Source: Basidiobolus meristosporus CBS 931.73 (taxonomy: Eukaryota; Fungi; Basidiobolomycota). Taken from it: a stretch of 64,000 nucleotides of DNA. The DNA lies in the NCBI GenBank assembly GCA_002104905.1, contig MCFE01000495.1:2643-66642 (forward strand), read 5' to 3'. The notes under the pieces were generated by a model. The model searched no databases, had not been told where the DNA came from, and saw nothing but the letters and a program-made list of their open reading frames with translations. A program made the position numbers and the translations under genes. Positions 1 through 13,314 of this stretch are shown here, in pieces. Numbering within the stretch: position 1 is the stretch's first letter; every line of letters starts with the position of its first letter.

Positions 1-1901
1 CATCACCAAATGTCCTGGTGTTTGCCTGGGCCATCTTGAAGGTATGTGCAACCATGTCTTTGCCTTAGCACTTGATGAACTCTCAATAGGCAAGTATCCT
101 ACCAGCAAATCCTGCTAGCCACTGATTCTGGTAAACCTGGATATGTGCATAATCATTATTGGAGCAGAAATCTGATTGTAGTCTCACCAGTATTTGTGCC
201 TAATTCACAGTCAACCTCAATAGCTACCTGCAACATTACTAGATGAGCCCTGCATGCCATGCATTACATAATTTGTACATCTCTATTTTGCCAAAGCACC
301 TATCATAGTCTGTTTGAGAGATACCTCTTCCATTGGTAAGATAGCTGGCTTTTCTGATCACAATGATTAGTATTGTTGTTTTTACCATCCATACTGGACA
401 GTTTTACTGTAAAATTGTAAGATCAGTAGGTATCAATTTATAACTCTCACACATTATTGTTATCTAAGCACTACCACTAAGAAATCCATCTTTCCATCTA
501 GAGTGCATACAGAAGCTTGCATGCAATTGCTGCATACCTGGCAAGATAGATGCTAACTGGCCAGCAATAGAAGCTAATAAACAGCTGCAGATGGCTAAGA
601 TAACCAGGGCGTATCAGTGTAAAAGGTTCCCACTGGGAGCAATGCAGTTGCTTTTTAACAATGTTGCAATACCAGTAGGTTGATTTTACATTTGGCATTT
701 GAAGCTAAATGAGCCCTTTGAGGTACCAACAAATTTTGAAACAGTTGGCAAGCTACTCCAGTGTATCTGCATATTAAAGTACTTCTTACAAGCGCAAAAT
801 TAAGTTCAAACACATGTATTAACACAAAGGCAAGTACTGGACAATATGGATATGTATATACTCATGTGGACTTCCTAAACAACTTAAGTCTAAAGTTCAT
901 TGGACCTTTGGGAGTCAAATGCTGGCATTGTAGGAATGGTTATTCAGATGTACATAACTAGTGAATCTTTTGTAAGTCTACAGCTTTAATGTAAAGAGTT
1001 TTTGATAGAATGTGAGTGACTATACTACAAGCATAGGTTTACAAGCATAGATCTCAGTTATTACTATATTCATAATCCACTCCTGCTTACTTGATGTGGG
1101 TAATATTAAATCTTGCTCCTTCTTTAGGGAGTTTCCTATGCATGGAATGTAAAGGGAGAAAAGAGGAAATGATAGGTGGCAAGTACCACCATACTGCTAC
1201 CACTTCATGAACAGCATCTTCAGGACCATCATGCAAGCAATGAGTTACCTTTTGGGAGGCAGCCAGGAAATGTGGAAGCTAACCCTCAAACAACACTATG
1301 CATACTTCATGAATGCCCCATCAAAAGACAGTCAAAGGGTTGATTGGTTTGATACTTTGTTTGAAAAGAGCACTAAAGCACTGCCCTAATCCCACAGAAG
1401 AAGATAAACAAGGTCAAGAATTTTAAGCATTTATGTAATCATAATAACTGGATAAGGTAAACATCCATTTCAGGAAGTATATTGGCAAAAGTTAAAACCT
1501 TTATACAATTGGCTTGAATACTTGTAATTATATATGTATATGCTTATATTTGGCATGTTATACCCTACAAAATATAATTTAGTCCTGCAGGAAGATTTAG
1601 TAGATATCAGCCACTAAGATTCCACAATTGGGCTTTCAGAACGCTAGCAGCTTGGAATTATTGACCGTCTTTGCAATCTGACGGCACAATAGTACTTTGC
1701 TGATTATACCGCTATAAAGGTAAGTCAGCTTAATGGAGCTCAGACAGTTCTTCAACAGGGTATTGATGGCATTCTGTTAGTCTTGTTGAGGCCTGCACTT
1801 ATTTGAGTGAATGCAACTGGCCATTGTATGCTAAAGCAATCAGGACTATACAATTGATTGTTTTGTCAAAACTTATTTTGGATCCTTTTACAAAGAACAG
1901 C

Positions 1902-2360
1902 ATGAAGGTTTTTGCTAAAATTTTGGTAGGTCTATGTGCAATAGGAAATGTCTATTCTAATCCAACAGTTTCTTGTACCATGGATTTGGTGTCTCCTAAA
2001 GTTAGTCACTTCACAACAGTCACCGCTAACAGGACATTCTTAATGACCAGCACAAGAAATGCCAACTATTCTAGCCCAAATTTCAATGTGGCATCCAACC
2101 CTTATCAGATTGCCAATGGTCTGACTAAAAACTGTATCTTTTGCGCCGCAAGATTGGCTACCCTGGGGGGTACAGACTATTTACGCAGATACAAAGAATG
2201 GTATCCAGTAAAGTACAGAGATTTGTGTAGATATGCAAAGAGTACATGCCAACATGGAATGTGGGCAAAACTTTGTCAGGTTTGCAGAAAGATTGCCCAT
2301 AACATGGCATTCAATAATTGTTATATGAAACAGGGAAGAAGACAAGGATGTAATGTTTGA
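1902..2360 (+). CDS. Candidate small secreted cysteine-rich protein (152 aa)
   Basis: ATG at 1902 gives MKVFAKILVGLCAIGNVYS (signal-peptide-like). The C-terminal half has 8 Cys (CxxC...C...C...CxxC...C...C). The region keeps several CpGs, unlike its neighbours. No family recognised. Confidence 0.35.
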   Translation: MKVFAKILVGLCAIGNVYSNPTVSCTMDLVSPKVSHFTTVTANRTFLMTSTRNANYSSPNFNVASNPYQIANGLTKNCIFCAARLATLGGTDYLRRYKEWYPVKYRDLCRYAKSTCQHGMWAKLCQVCRKIAHNMAFNNCYMKQGRRQGCNV

Positions 2361-2818
2361 AATAACAATTGTAGCCATTACTATTAAACTTATTCATTAT
2401 GATAAAAGCAAACCATAATCAGGACCTTTTTTGAAAGTCAGTTAACATGTCTTTTAATAACCAGAATTACTGCCATGATAAATTTAATAATGTACTGGTA
2501 AAACCAGAATGCATCCTGTCTCTGATATTTGGGAGCATCTTTCCCATGTACCAAAACACAATGGCAACTCCTGCATATGATGATAAGGATGGGTGCAGAT
2601 TTATGATGGAGTTACAAGTATGTCCTTATTTCTCATAAGACCCAATCAATCAGGATTAGGTATCAAATTTAGTAATGTGCTAAGGAAGTATCTCAGTAAT
2701 ACAAGAAACCAGCAAAGACAGAAGAGCAAGGGTGTCATGGCTAAGAACCAACAGCTTGATCATGAGCCCATTACAAGCAGAGCCAAAAGCTTTAAAGAGG
2801 AGTCAAAGAAATTTCTAG

Positions 2819-3183
2819 TGTTACAAGTTTTGATACAAGAGTTGTAGAGGAATAGGGAGTTTAACTTGTATAGTATTTATAAGCACTTAAGCTGATCTTT
2901 GTTGAGGTTCCAGTGGCTCCTTGTATATATTTTGCAATATCAATTGCTGAGTAACTGTATTTCTTAGTGTAGATTGTGACTGATGACACATTGGATTGCA
3001 TCATGACCAAATTAGAACTTACTTAATATATCTAATTCAATCTGATAATGATCTGCTGATTCATCTGCTAACCAATATAACAGACTTGATGGAGCATACT
3101 GATATACTGATAGGCCAAGCATGATATTAATTGATTTGGCTAAAAGTGACTTAACTTTGAAACTCAAACATCAGGTCATAACA
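2819..3183 (-). repeat. Gypsy LTR (3' LTR of G1)
   Basis: Homologous to 3957-4324 and 7180-7548, with TGTTACAAG / TCATAACA termini. Confidence 0.8.
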
Positions 3184-3956
3184 TTCTTCCCTACCATGGC
3201 CAAGAGGGCTCTCCTGAATCTCTTTGCTGGTGATAGCAATATCTTCATGGTTCAGAATTGAAGGTAAGTCTTGGAAGATGAAGTCTGTTTCCATGAACTA
3301 GATCTGCTTGGAAATTCCCTTGTTTATCTACTAGTTGGTAAGTTGCAAATGGACATTTTCTGATGATCTTGAATGATCCTGTCTATTGTGGTTCAAACTT
3401 CTTCTGAGTGCTGTTTCTTAGCAATAGAATGTTCCAACTGTCAAAGCCTCTGGTAATATAGTCTTATGAAATCTTTGCTTCATCTTTTCTTCAGTCTAAG
3501 ATTTTAGACCTGTACTTCCTGTCACTTTTATTCTAGTTGTTGGTGTCAACTAAGCTGATTGAGTTCATCCTCTAAACTGACAGTGAGCTTTAGCTATGTG
3601 AGATCTCCTGAGATTCTTGGTTTGCCTCCATACACAAAGTAAAGTGGCAATCATTGGGTACTGTTGTGCACCTTAACTCTGCAGGCAAACAATACTTGTT
3701 CAATATACTTGTCCCATTTACTTATAGCTCCAATTGAATACTTGGCTGACATCTTTTCCAAATAGTCCACCAGCCTGCCCAGTAACTCCATACATTCCAG
3801 GGTGAGATACCAAAGCTTTCAAATTCTTGATCTGTTGCATTTGCTGGTAGGCTTCTGATGTTTTGGCTAGAAAGCTTGCACCTATGTAAGATAAAATTTC
3901 CACATGGCATCCAAACTTTAGCAGGATTGCATGTTGATGAAACTTGCAACATCTTG

Positions 3957-6900
3957 TGTTACAAGTCTTGGTATTAGAATTGTAGAGGAATAAGGAGTTT
4001 AGCTAGTATTGTATTCACTAAAACTAGAACTGATTTTTATTGCGGTTCAAGCAGCTCCCTATATAAATTTTGCCAGATAAATTGCTGACTATTTATATTT
4101 TCTAATGTTGTTGTGGTTGACAACTCATTTGATTGCATCATCATCACCATATAAGATCCTACTGAGTATATCTACTTCTGTCTGATAAGGATCTGCTGAT
4201 TCATTTGCTGACTAATGCTACTGACATGATAAATAACACTGATATACAGATAGGCTAAGCAGACAAATGATTGATTTGACTGAAAACTGATCTAACTTAA
4301 TCATTCAAGTAATAGATTGTAACATACTCCCCTACTATAGTTGAGAGGGTTCTCCCAAATATCTTTTCTTGTGATACCAATATCTTGATGGTTTAGTATT
4401 GTTGACAAGTCTTGGAAGCTTGAGTCTGTATCTATGAACTAAATCTCCCCAGATATTCCCTTGTTTGTCCACTGGTTGGTAAGCTGCAAATGGACATTCT
4501 CTGATGATCTTAAAAGGTTGCATTGATTGTGGCTCAAACTTCTTCAGAGTGCTGTTTCTCAGCAACACAAAGCTCTCAACTGTCAATGCTCCTGGTGATA
4601 TAGTCTTATCAAGTCTCTGCTTCATCTTTTCTGCATTGTGAGATACTTTGTCCTGTGTCTCTTGACATCTTTGCTCCCGCTGCTGATTTTTACTTGCCTG
4701 ACTGAGCTCATCTTCTAAGGTGTCTGTAAGCTTTGGCTGTGTGAGAACTCCTGGAATTCTTGGTTCACATCCATACACTAAGTAAATGGCAATTTTTGGA
4801 TGGTGCTGTGTACTCTAACCCTGCATGCAAAAAGTGCTGTTCTATATACTCATCCCATCTACTAACAGCTCTATTTGTATACTTGATCAGCATTCATCCA
4901 AGTAATCAATTAAACTGCTCAGTGACTCCAATAGTTCTAGGGTGATATGCCAAGGTTTTCAAGTGTCTGATGTGCTGTATTTCCAGGCAAGCTTCCAATG
5001 TCTTTGCCATAAAGTTTGCTCCTGTATTGGATAAAATTGCTACAGGCATTCAAACTTCTTGAGGGTCTCATGGTAGATGAAATTTCAACTGCTTGTTCAC
5101 TGGCTAAAGGTACTGCTATGACTACTGGCCATTTAGTGGCATGGCCAATTGCTACTAACATTCAATGGTTGCATTTCCTGGTAGTTGGCAGTCTTCTGAT
5201 AGAATCAACTCCCCATCTTTCAAATAGTCTTACAGTCTCCAAGAGAAAGAGTTCAGCAATTTTCTGTGGTTGGCCTTGGTTGATCTGGCAATTTGGGCAT
5301 ATCCATATCCATTGTGTAGCTTATGTATCAAGTCCAGGCAAAAAACAGAAGGGCAATAGACAATAGGCCTTTCATTCACAATTTTGTAAAGTGTTTTACC
5401 CTGTACCACAAGCTTGCTGGTTTTATCCTAAATTTTCTTGCTGCTCTTCATCCACCTCATTAGGAATGTCTTGGACCTCCAAGTACTTTTGTAATAGGTT
5501 AGGCCAATCTGATTCATGTGCCAAGTTTAGTTGTGCAACTGATTCTAATCTTGATGAGGCATCAGCAACTATGTTGTTTTCCCAGGGCAGTACACAATCT
5601 CCAAATCAAATTGCTGAATGTATTTACTCCATTGTGTCATTCTTCTAGAGAGTACCTTTGGAGTAAGTATGTACATGAGGGAGGCTTGGCCAGTCTTCAC
5701 AGTGCCTTTGACTCCTTCAATATAGCATTGCCATGTCTTCAAGCTGTGTATTATAGTAAGTCTCTCCTTCTCATGCGCTGGATAGTTTTGTTCCAATGAG
5801 TTCAGGCTCTTGGGTTCAAAAGTAACTGGGTAGTCCTTTCCCTTGTGCTCTTGGCTCTACACTCCACCAAATTACATAATCTGAAGCATCTGTGCACAGA
5901 GTAAACTCTGTTCTGAATTCAGGTATTCCTAAGCTTAGCAGCTTAGCAAGTTCATTCTTGAGCATCTGAAAGGCAGTCTTGCAGGCTATGTAATGATCTG
6001 AGTTCTGATATGCTATGAGGCTGCTTCAGATTCTTGGTAACTTCAACCTTCTTAGGGTCTAAGGTTACTCCTGTGCTAGTCATTATGTGTCCCAGATATT
6101 CAATGTGCTCCTTGAAGAATTCACACTAGGGTAGCTTTCCATTGTTTACTCCATTTAAGTAAAATATTTCCCTGAGTTTGAGGTCATCTGGGATAAATAT
6201 TCTTCTGTCATGTGAAATATGAGTTCTAAATCTTCTTCAAGCTCATCCTCCATGTTACTATGCTCAAGGGCTTCAACATGGTTGAAGATTTTGATGGCTA
6301 GTGCCCATTTCTTCTCTGAGGGCAGTACTTTGCAATATGTCCCTGCTGGTGGCAATAAAGCAAAGTCCTTTCTCCTTACATTCTACTGAGGTAAGATTCT
6401 TCTGCATAGCATCTATTTTCATTGGCACTGCTTCTGATTGTCTTCTTTCATAGTGATTGTAGCCTCTCTGATCAGTCATTGTGGGCTTTTTGGCTCCAAA
6501 CATAGCCTAGTCATATTAAATGGCAATCTTGATGGCTTATTCAGTGATCTGAGGTCTCAATAGTTCACTTCATTGCTGGTTCTATAATCCATTAGTAAAG
6601 AATTCCACTTGATCCAGGGGGTCCATTCTTTGAACTTGTCCAAACAGACATCTATTTAAATAATTGTACTCTTGAGCCATTCCTTTCTGTCTTAGTATCT
6701 TCAGCTTTCTTCTGAGTAGTGTCTGCTGGTGTAGGGGTTCAAAAGCATCCCAAATTGCCAACACAGACTCATCCCAAGTAGAGATTGTAGAGCATTCCAT
6801 CATGGTGTCTGACCTGATCCTGTTGTGGTACCACTGTAAAGCTGCATATGCCAGGTAAGAGACTGCTTAATGTAACTTGCTTTCTGGAGCAGTTTCCTTA

Positions 6901-7548
6901 GCCCTGAAAGTCTCCAATCTGAAAAGCCAAGTTCCCATATTTTTATTGACTCTACCTTGGTACTGGTTAACCTTCACACTGAAGTTGCTCTTGACAGGGT
7001 TTTGCTAGCTTTGGGCCATGGTAGTCATTCCTTGTTGCTGCTGGCTAAGAATCTGGAGTAACTGTTGCTGTTGGGCCGGGATTTATTGCATAGCATTCTT
7101 CCTTTCTTGATTTTCTGACATCTTGGAGGAGGCTACTTCTTTCTTCAGGAGGGAGAGTTTTGGTTATTGCTGCTACAAATGTTGCAAGTCTTGGTAAAAG
7201 AGTTGTAGAGGAATGGGGAGCTTAGCAAGTGTTGTATTCACTAAAACTTGAACTAATTCTCATTGAGGTTCCAGCAGCTCCTTATATATGTTTTGCCAGA
7301 TAAATTGCTGACTGTTTATATATTTTAATGTAGGTTGGAGCTGATGACTCATCCAATTGCATTATCATCACCTAATAACATCATGCCTAATATATCTATT
7401 TCTGTCTGATAAGGATCTGCTGAATCATTTGCTGACTATTGCTACTGATTTGATAGCTAACACTGATGTAATGACAGGCTTAACAAATGACTAATTAATT
7501 TGACCAAAAACTGTTCTAACTTAATCATTCAAGGCAAAGATCATAACA
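3957..7548 (-). mobile_element. Nested, internally deleted Ty3/gypsy copy (G2) of the same family
   Basis: LTRs at 3957-4324 and 7180-7548 with a 4-bp TSD CTTG (3953-3956, 7549-7552). Gag remnant ~6250-7120, RNase H and integrase remnants 4335-6130. Protease and most of RT are deleted at ~6145. Confidence 0.85.
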
Positions 7549-10500
7549 CTTGTTCACTGGCTACAAGTACAGCTTAAGTAACTGGCCATTTAGTGCATGG
7601 TCATTTTCTACTAAAATCCACCAAATGGGTATCAGGTAGGGGGCAGTCTTCCAGAAAGTCTATTCCCCATTTTTCAAATGATCTTACTGGAACTAAGGGA
7701 AGGAGTTCTGCAACTCACTGTGGTTGACCTTGGCTGATTTGGCAACTTGGGGATGTTTTCACTGGCCTTGCAATATCTTATTCCATTCTGGGCCACCATG
7801 CTCTAGCTTTTATGAGGCTATGGGTTCCCTCAATTCCCAGATATTCAAATCCATTGTGTAGCTGGTGTATTAAGTCCAGGCAAGTAACATAGGGGCAATA
7901 GGAAATAGGGCTTCCATCAACAATTTGGTAGAGTGTAGCATTTTGTACTTCAGGTTTGCTTGCATCATCCCATATAATCCTCTTGACATCTTCATTCACC
8001 CCATTAGCAATGGCTGGGTTGTTCAAGTACTTTGGTAACAGGCTGGGCCAATCTGATTCATACACCAGGCTGAGTTGTCTAACTTGTTCTAGTCATGAAA
8101 AGGCACCAGCAACCATGTTGCTTTTCCCAGGGCAGTAGACAATCTCCTGGTCAAATTGCTGAGTTTACTCACTCCATCTTGTCATTCTTCAAGGTAGTCC
8201 CTTCTGAATATAAATATACTTAAGGGAGAGATGATATATCTTTGTAGTGCACTTGACCCCTTCAATGCAGGATCTTCATATCTTTAAGCGGTGTATTATG
8301 GCAAGCTTTTGCTTAACATGCACCAGAATGTTTTGTTCTTCAGAGTTCAGGCTCTTGTATTCTAAAGCAGCTGAGTATTGCTCACCTTCAGGTTTTTAGT
8401 ACAGTACTCCACCAATTGCAAAGTCTGAAGCAATTGTGCAGAGGGTAACCTCTTTTCTGAAGTCCTGTATTTGTTAGCTTTGCAGCTTGGCAAGCACATT
8501 GTTGAGTGTCTGAAAGGCAATCTCACAGGATATGTCCTACTTTAAGGCATTGTCCTTCTTGAGCATATCAGTCAAACAAGCTGCAATACTTGCAAACAAC
8601 TTTACAAATATCTGATAATTGGGAACTATTTCAATGTATGATCTGAGCATTGAAATGATATGGAGCTGCTTCAGATTCTTGATAACTTCCACTTTATTAT
8701 GGTCTAAGGTCACTACTGCTGAAACATTGAACTATTTGGTATCATTCTGCGGCTAAAAATTTACTCAACAATTCTAGACCAGCCTTGGTCATTGTGGGAC
8801 TAATTTACAGCTCAAACTTTGCCACTTTCTTCAGATCCATGATCTTATGATTATTCCCTTATAGTCGGGATCAAATTAGCACTGTTACTAAACATTATGT
8901 ACTAGCCCTGAAACTGTCACAGAATGCTCCTGAATATTGAGAAACCCTCCTTACTTAGTGTTACAGCTCTATTACTTCTACAAAGGTATAAATACTGAGC
9001 TTCTTTATTCATAAACAACAGCTCAACTATTATCACTATTTCTTGATAAGTTCCTTATATCCCAATCACTTCTTAAATTGCAACAACTACTGTACTAGTT
9101 GCTATGTGTGCCAGATACAGGAATGTTCTTTGAAGAGCTTACACTTTGCTAGCTTGCCATATAGCTTGTTCTCTTTTAGCTACTTCAAGACCTTGTCTAT
9201 GTGCACCAGGTGGTCCTCTACTGTCTTGCTGTATATCAATATGTAAACTATGTAGATGACCACAAACCTGTCTAGGTACTTCCAGAAGATGGTTTGCATC
9301 AAGGTCACAAATGTTGCTTGGGCATTGGTGCAGGAAAACTCATGAATAACTACATGTAATGTTCATACTTATTCCTGTGTGCTGTCTTAGGTATATCTTC
9401 AGGGCTCACCCTAATTGGTTTGTATCCTGTAGTGAAGTCAATCTTGTTGAATATGGTTGCTTCATTGAGCTAGTCCAAAAGCTCATCAATCAAAGGTATA
9501 GGGTACTTATTGTTTGCAGTAAATGAGTTTTGGGCTCTGTAATTAATACACATCCTGAGTGTTCTATCCTTTGTTTTTAGCAAAAGCATTGGTGGTCCCC
9601 AGGATGACTTACTGGGCCTGGAGTTTTCTTGCTCCAAAACTTGATAAATTTGTCTCTTCAAATCTTTCAATTACAATGGAATCAACCTGTAAGATGTCTT
9701 GTTCACTGGGGGGCTATCTTCTGTGTCAGCACTTTGACTCACATCTCTGACTGATGGTTGGCTAGCAAGTTCATCTGGAAATATATCTGAATAATTTGTC
9801 CAAAGAGTCTGGACTTGCTGGGGTGCTGCAGTAGAGGAATTGCCCTGTGGGACTGCTATGAGAACCATCTTTATAACTTTTCTAAGTGATCCGCAAAACT
9901 CTGCTATGCTCAATTCACTCTTTTCCAACAAACTGGAATTAACCAAGTTGAAATCCAGTCTAGCAGGTAGAAGCTCATAGGTCTAGTTGCCTTTTTGGAT
10001 CTGAGTGGCATGGTTCTGCAATTGATTGATATATTGCAGCTGTATAGCCACGTCTTTCCAACAACAAGGTCAAATTTGCAGTTTCCAAATATATAGGTCT
10101 GCAGGTCTTGTTCATATTCATTGATCATCTTTCATACTTGTTGAGAAATACAGTTGATTATGTGAGAGTCCCCACCAGCTACTCAAGCTGAAGTGGATTT
10201 GTTAAGTTCCAAGTTGATCCTGCTTTCAAGGCTGGTTGTTCTGACATGTACTTGTGTGATGTTCCTGAGTCAATCATAATCTTGTCAGGCACTCCATTGT
10301 TTACTCCATTTAAGTAAAATATTTTCCTGAGTTTGATGTCATTTGGGATAAGTACTTGTCTGTCATATGGAAGTTGAGTTCTGACTCCTCTACAAGCTCA
10401 GCTTCCACTGCACTATGTCCTTGGTCTTCACTATGGTGGAAAGTTCCAGTAGACTGATATTTATTTCTTCACTGAGGCCAGTACTTTGAGATTTGCCTAT

Positions 10501-11129
10501 GCTGGCGGCAATTGAAACAAAGCCCTTGTGGTGTGGCTCCCATTCTCCTAACTGAGCTATGTGGAGTTTTGTTATTTGATCCTGACTTAAAATATAACAT
10601 GGAGATAAATAGTAAAATAGCACTGATACTAACTGGCTAATCAACTGCATTACAAAAAATAGTTTATAATAAGACAGCAGGTATCTAGAGAGCTCCTATA
10701 GTTACACTTGCCTGACTAAGCCACCAATGGCAAGAAATAGCCCTATGGAAAATTTCAAACTTGGAATTCTTCTGATTTTCTGCTGGTTTTCTGCTGGTAT
10801 TCTAATGGTATTTTGCTGGTATTTAGCTGGTGTTTTTAGTTCAAAATTTCAGAGGAAATTTTTGATTGAAGTAATGGGCACCTAATCACTAGATTTGGTA
10901 TGGATAGTAGTTGACCTAGTCTCCTCCTGGCGTGTTTGTTTGCTTACCTGCTCATAAGCTAACAATAGCAATATTGAGAGTTGTCAATATTGAAAACTTA
11001 GAACTCAGCTGATATTATGATGGTATTTTGCTGGCCTTTTCTTAATTTTTTTTCTTAGGGTAGATTATGATCTAAATGGCAGCTAAGTTAAATTGTCATT
11101 TAGAACAATGGTAAACAAGCCACAAGAAT

Positions 11130-11212
11130 GGAGAAATGGCCAAGTTGGTCTAGGACATCACTTCAAGGTCATGTTCTCTTTGAAGGTGTGGGTTTGAATC
11201 CTACTCTCTTCA
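11130..11212 (+). pseudogene. tRNA-Leu(CAA)-like pseudogene
   Basis: 83 nt. Acceptor GGAGAAA/TCTCTTC+A. A-box TGGCCAAGTTGGTCTAGG (CpG lost). Loop TT-CAA-GG, long variable arm, T-arm GTGGG-TTTGAAT-CCTAC (TTCGA changed to TTTGA), followed by a T-run. The anticodon stem is broken. Confidence 0.65.
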
Positions 11213-11405
11213 TTGCTTTTGGAGTAATTTTGCTTGCTTTTACTCAAGAGTCACATAAGAGCCAAAGCTAAATTTGATAAATGGCATAGGCAACAGCCAC
11301 TTAATGTTTTGAACATTTGGATGCTTAGCACAGCCCTTTGAAGTAAACAATAAAAAAGTTCACTTGTACAAGTATAAAAGTATAAAAGGATCAACATGTA
11401 AGACA

Positions 11406-11478
11406 TGCCTTCTGCTGGAATCAAACCAGCAACCTTCTGCTTACTAGGCAGATGCTCTGACAACTCAGTCAAGGAGGC
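11406..11478 (-). pseudogene. tRNA-Thr(AGT) pseudogene
   Basis: Minus strand reads GCCTCCT...TCTGC-CT-AGT-AA-GCAGA-AGGTT-GCTGG-TTTGATT-CCAGC-AGAAGGC-A, 73 nt. Anticodon and T stems are perfect. B-box TTCGA changed to TTTGA, and the D-arm is damaged. Confidence 0.8.
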
Positions 11479-11829
11479 ATAATACAACAACCCTTTCATA
11501 TATATATTATCTAAAATTGCCCTTCAGCAACAATGATTAGGTAATGGAGAGCATCATTGTAGCTGGAAAGCAAGCTCTTTTAGGCCAAAGACAGCAGTGC
11601 AAAGGAAGAACAGGCACATGCACACATAACAGAAGAAAATAAGTATTATGTAATGGAGCAGTTTGGAAGAAAACATCAACATTTAGTATACTCACATGGT
11701 CCCCCACCATTGTACTGACTAGGCCATTACCAATCCACCTTCAGAGATTGGACAGGATCCAGTATTTTCTGGTATGCATGGTCAATGCTCAAGAGTAATG
11801 TATCTCAATTAGTATTTATCTTCAATTAT

Positions 11830-13290
11830 GTTAGGCTGTTGCCACTGCAAACAAGTGAATCATGTGGTTTTTACACAATGGTTTATTTGAATGTAAAAAC
11901 AATACTTGTACTTTTACATGGTCTTGGCATGACAAATACATAAAATATGTTAAGGAAGGTCCCAACAATATATTTGCAAAGTTTGGGGCTGTTTGGGCAT
12001 CTTTATTAATATTAATATTCTGCATACATAACATTTTAGTAAAGATATTCTAGATGTATCCCAACAAAGAATTTAGTCAGTATTCTATAGAATTTGTAGG
12101 TAATGATCTAAGTGATTATGTTTGGTGAATTTATAGGTGAAACTATCAATCTTTACAATATACTCACTTAACTAAATGTTCATACTGTTTAGTCCTAATA
12201 CTGACCTAAGATAATCAAGTTTGTCTTTAGCTACCAGATTGGTGAATATGGCTTCAATCATTTCATCTGTAGGCCAGTAAGCTAAACCAACAGCATCACT
12301 TTCTATAGCATCATGAATAAGATTATGCCTAATATCTATGTGCTTTGTTTGGGCATGAAAAGTTGGATTTCAACCCAATTATATACATTACTGATTAGCC
12401 TGATACAAAGTAATTGGCATTTTTTGATACAAAACTAAATCTTTAAAATGCTCTCTTAACAACATTGCTTCTTTAGTAGATTCACAGGCTACCAAATATT
12501 TTATCTTTGTGGTAGAAAGTGCCACAGTTGGCTGCTTTCTTGAATTTTATGAAAGTGTACCTTACAGCAAAGTAAGGTGTATCCTGTGATGGATCTACTA
12601 TCTTATAAGCTTTGTCCCTAAGCAGCATCAGATTATCCCACAAGATCTTGTTCTGGATCCTCATAGGTGTACCTTAAGCATTTATCAGCAATTCCTTTCA
12701 GGTATTTAAGAATCTGCTTAACTGCTGCAATATGATCAGATCCATAGATATAATTGTGCTGACTGACAACTCCCACTGAATATGAGATATCTGGACAAGT
12801 TCCAAGCTTGATGTATATCAAGCTGCCAATCTTAGATCAATAAGGAAAGTCAGGGCTTTCAGATGGCACCAAGCTATCTAGATTTGGTTGAGTTTTGACC
12901 AAGTTAAGGTTATATCCATTGAGATAGCTGCCGGTTTACAGTCTTCCATTTGGTACTTCTTTAGTACATCTTAAATATACTTGGATTGTCTTAGTGTAAT
13001 AGTGTGGGTACCTCTCTCTATGGAGAACTTAATCCCTAAGTAGTAACTGAGTTCCCCTAGATGGGACATCTGGAACTCTTTAGATATGCTGTATTTAGTC
13101 TCTTCCAATGTTGCTGGGTTATTGGTGGCTACAATAAGGTTATCCACATATAGAGCTAATAGAACTGGACTTGCTCTATCTGGCTTATAGTATAAACTAT
13201 AGTCAGCATTACTCCTTTTGAAGCTCAAAGATTCCAAATAAGATTCTATCTTGCAATTCCTGGCTCTTGGTAATTGTTTGAGCTGTTTGC
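11830..13290 (-). mobile_element. Old Ty1/copia fragment (diverged 3' LTR, RNase H, RT C-terminus)
   Basis: LTR-like segment ~11830-12160 related to the copia LTRs. RT peptides LALYVDNLIVA and GTCPDISYSVG. Heavily decayed; limits approximate. Confidence 0.75.
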
Positions 13291-13314
13291 CCCTGATCAA
13301 CACCCTGTTGGATC

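Larger units (their letters stand above)
2819..10530 (-). mobile_element. Degenerate Ty3/gypsy LTR retrotransposon (host copy G1), 5' truncated, interrupted by G2
   Basis: 3' LTR at 2819-3183 (TGT..ACA), preceded on the minus strand by a polypurine tract. Integrase remnants at 3190-3956 and 7549-7900, RNase H ~8050-8700, RT ~9180-9800 (LRMCINYRAQN; FVVIY..ILIYS), protease DSG at ~10263-10271, gag C-terminus to ~10530. Order is PR-RT-RH-IN. Many stops and frameshifts. Confidence 0.85.

Noticed and set aside
1-1600. Short ORFs at the window start
   Set aside because: CpG-free decayed sequence with no recognisable domain, so no call can be supported.
10740-11062. Possible TIR element (CCCTATGGAAAATT ... 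AATTTTTTTTCTTAGGG) with TGCTGGT repeats
   Set aside because: The terminal match is short, inner sequences are not inverted, and no TSD was found.
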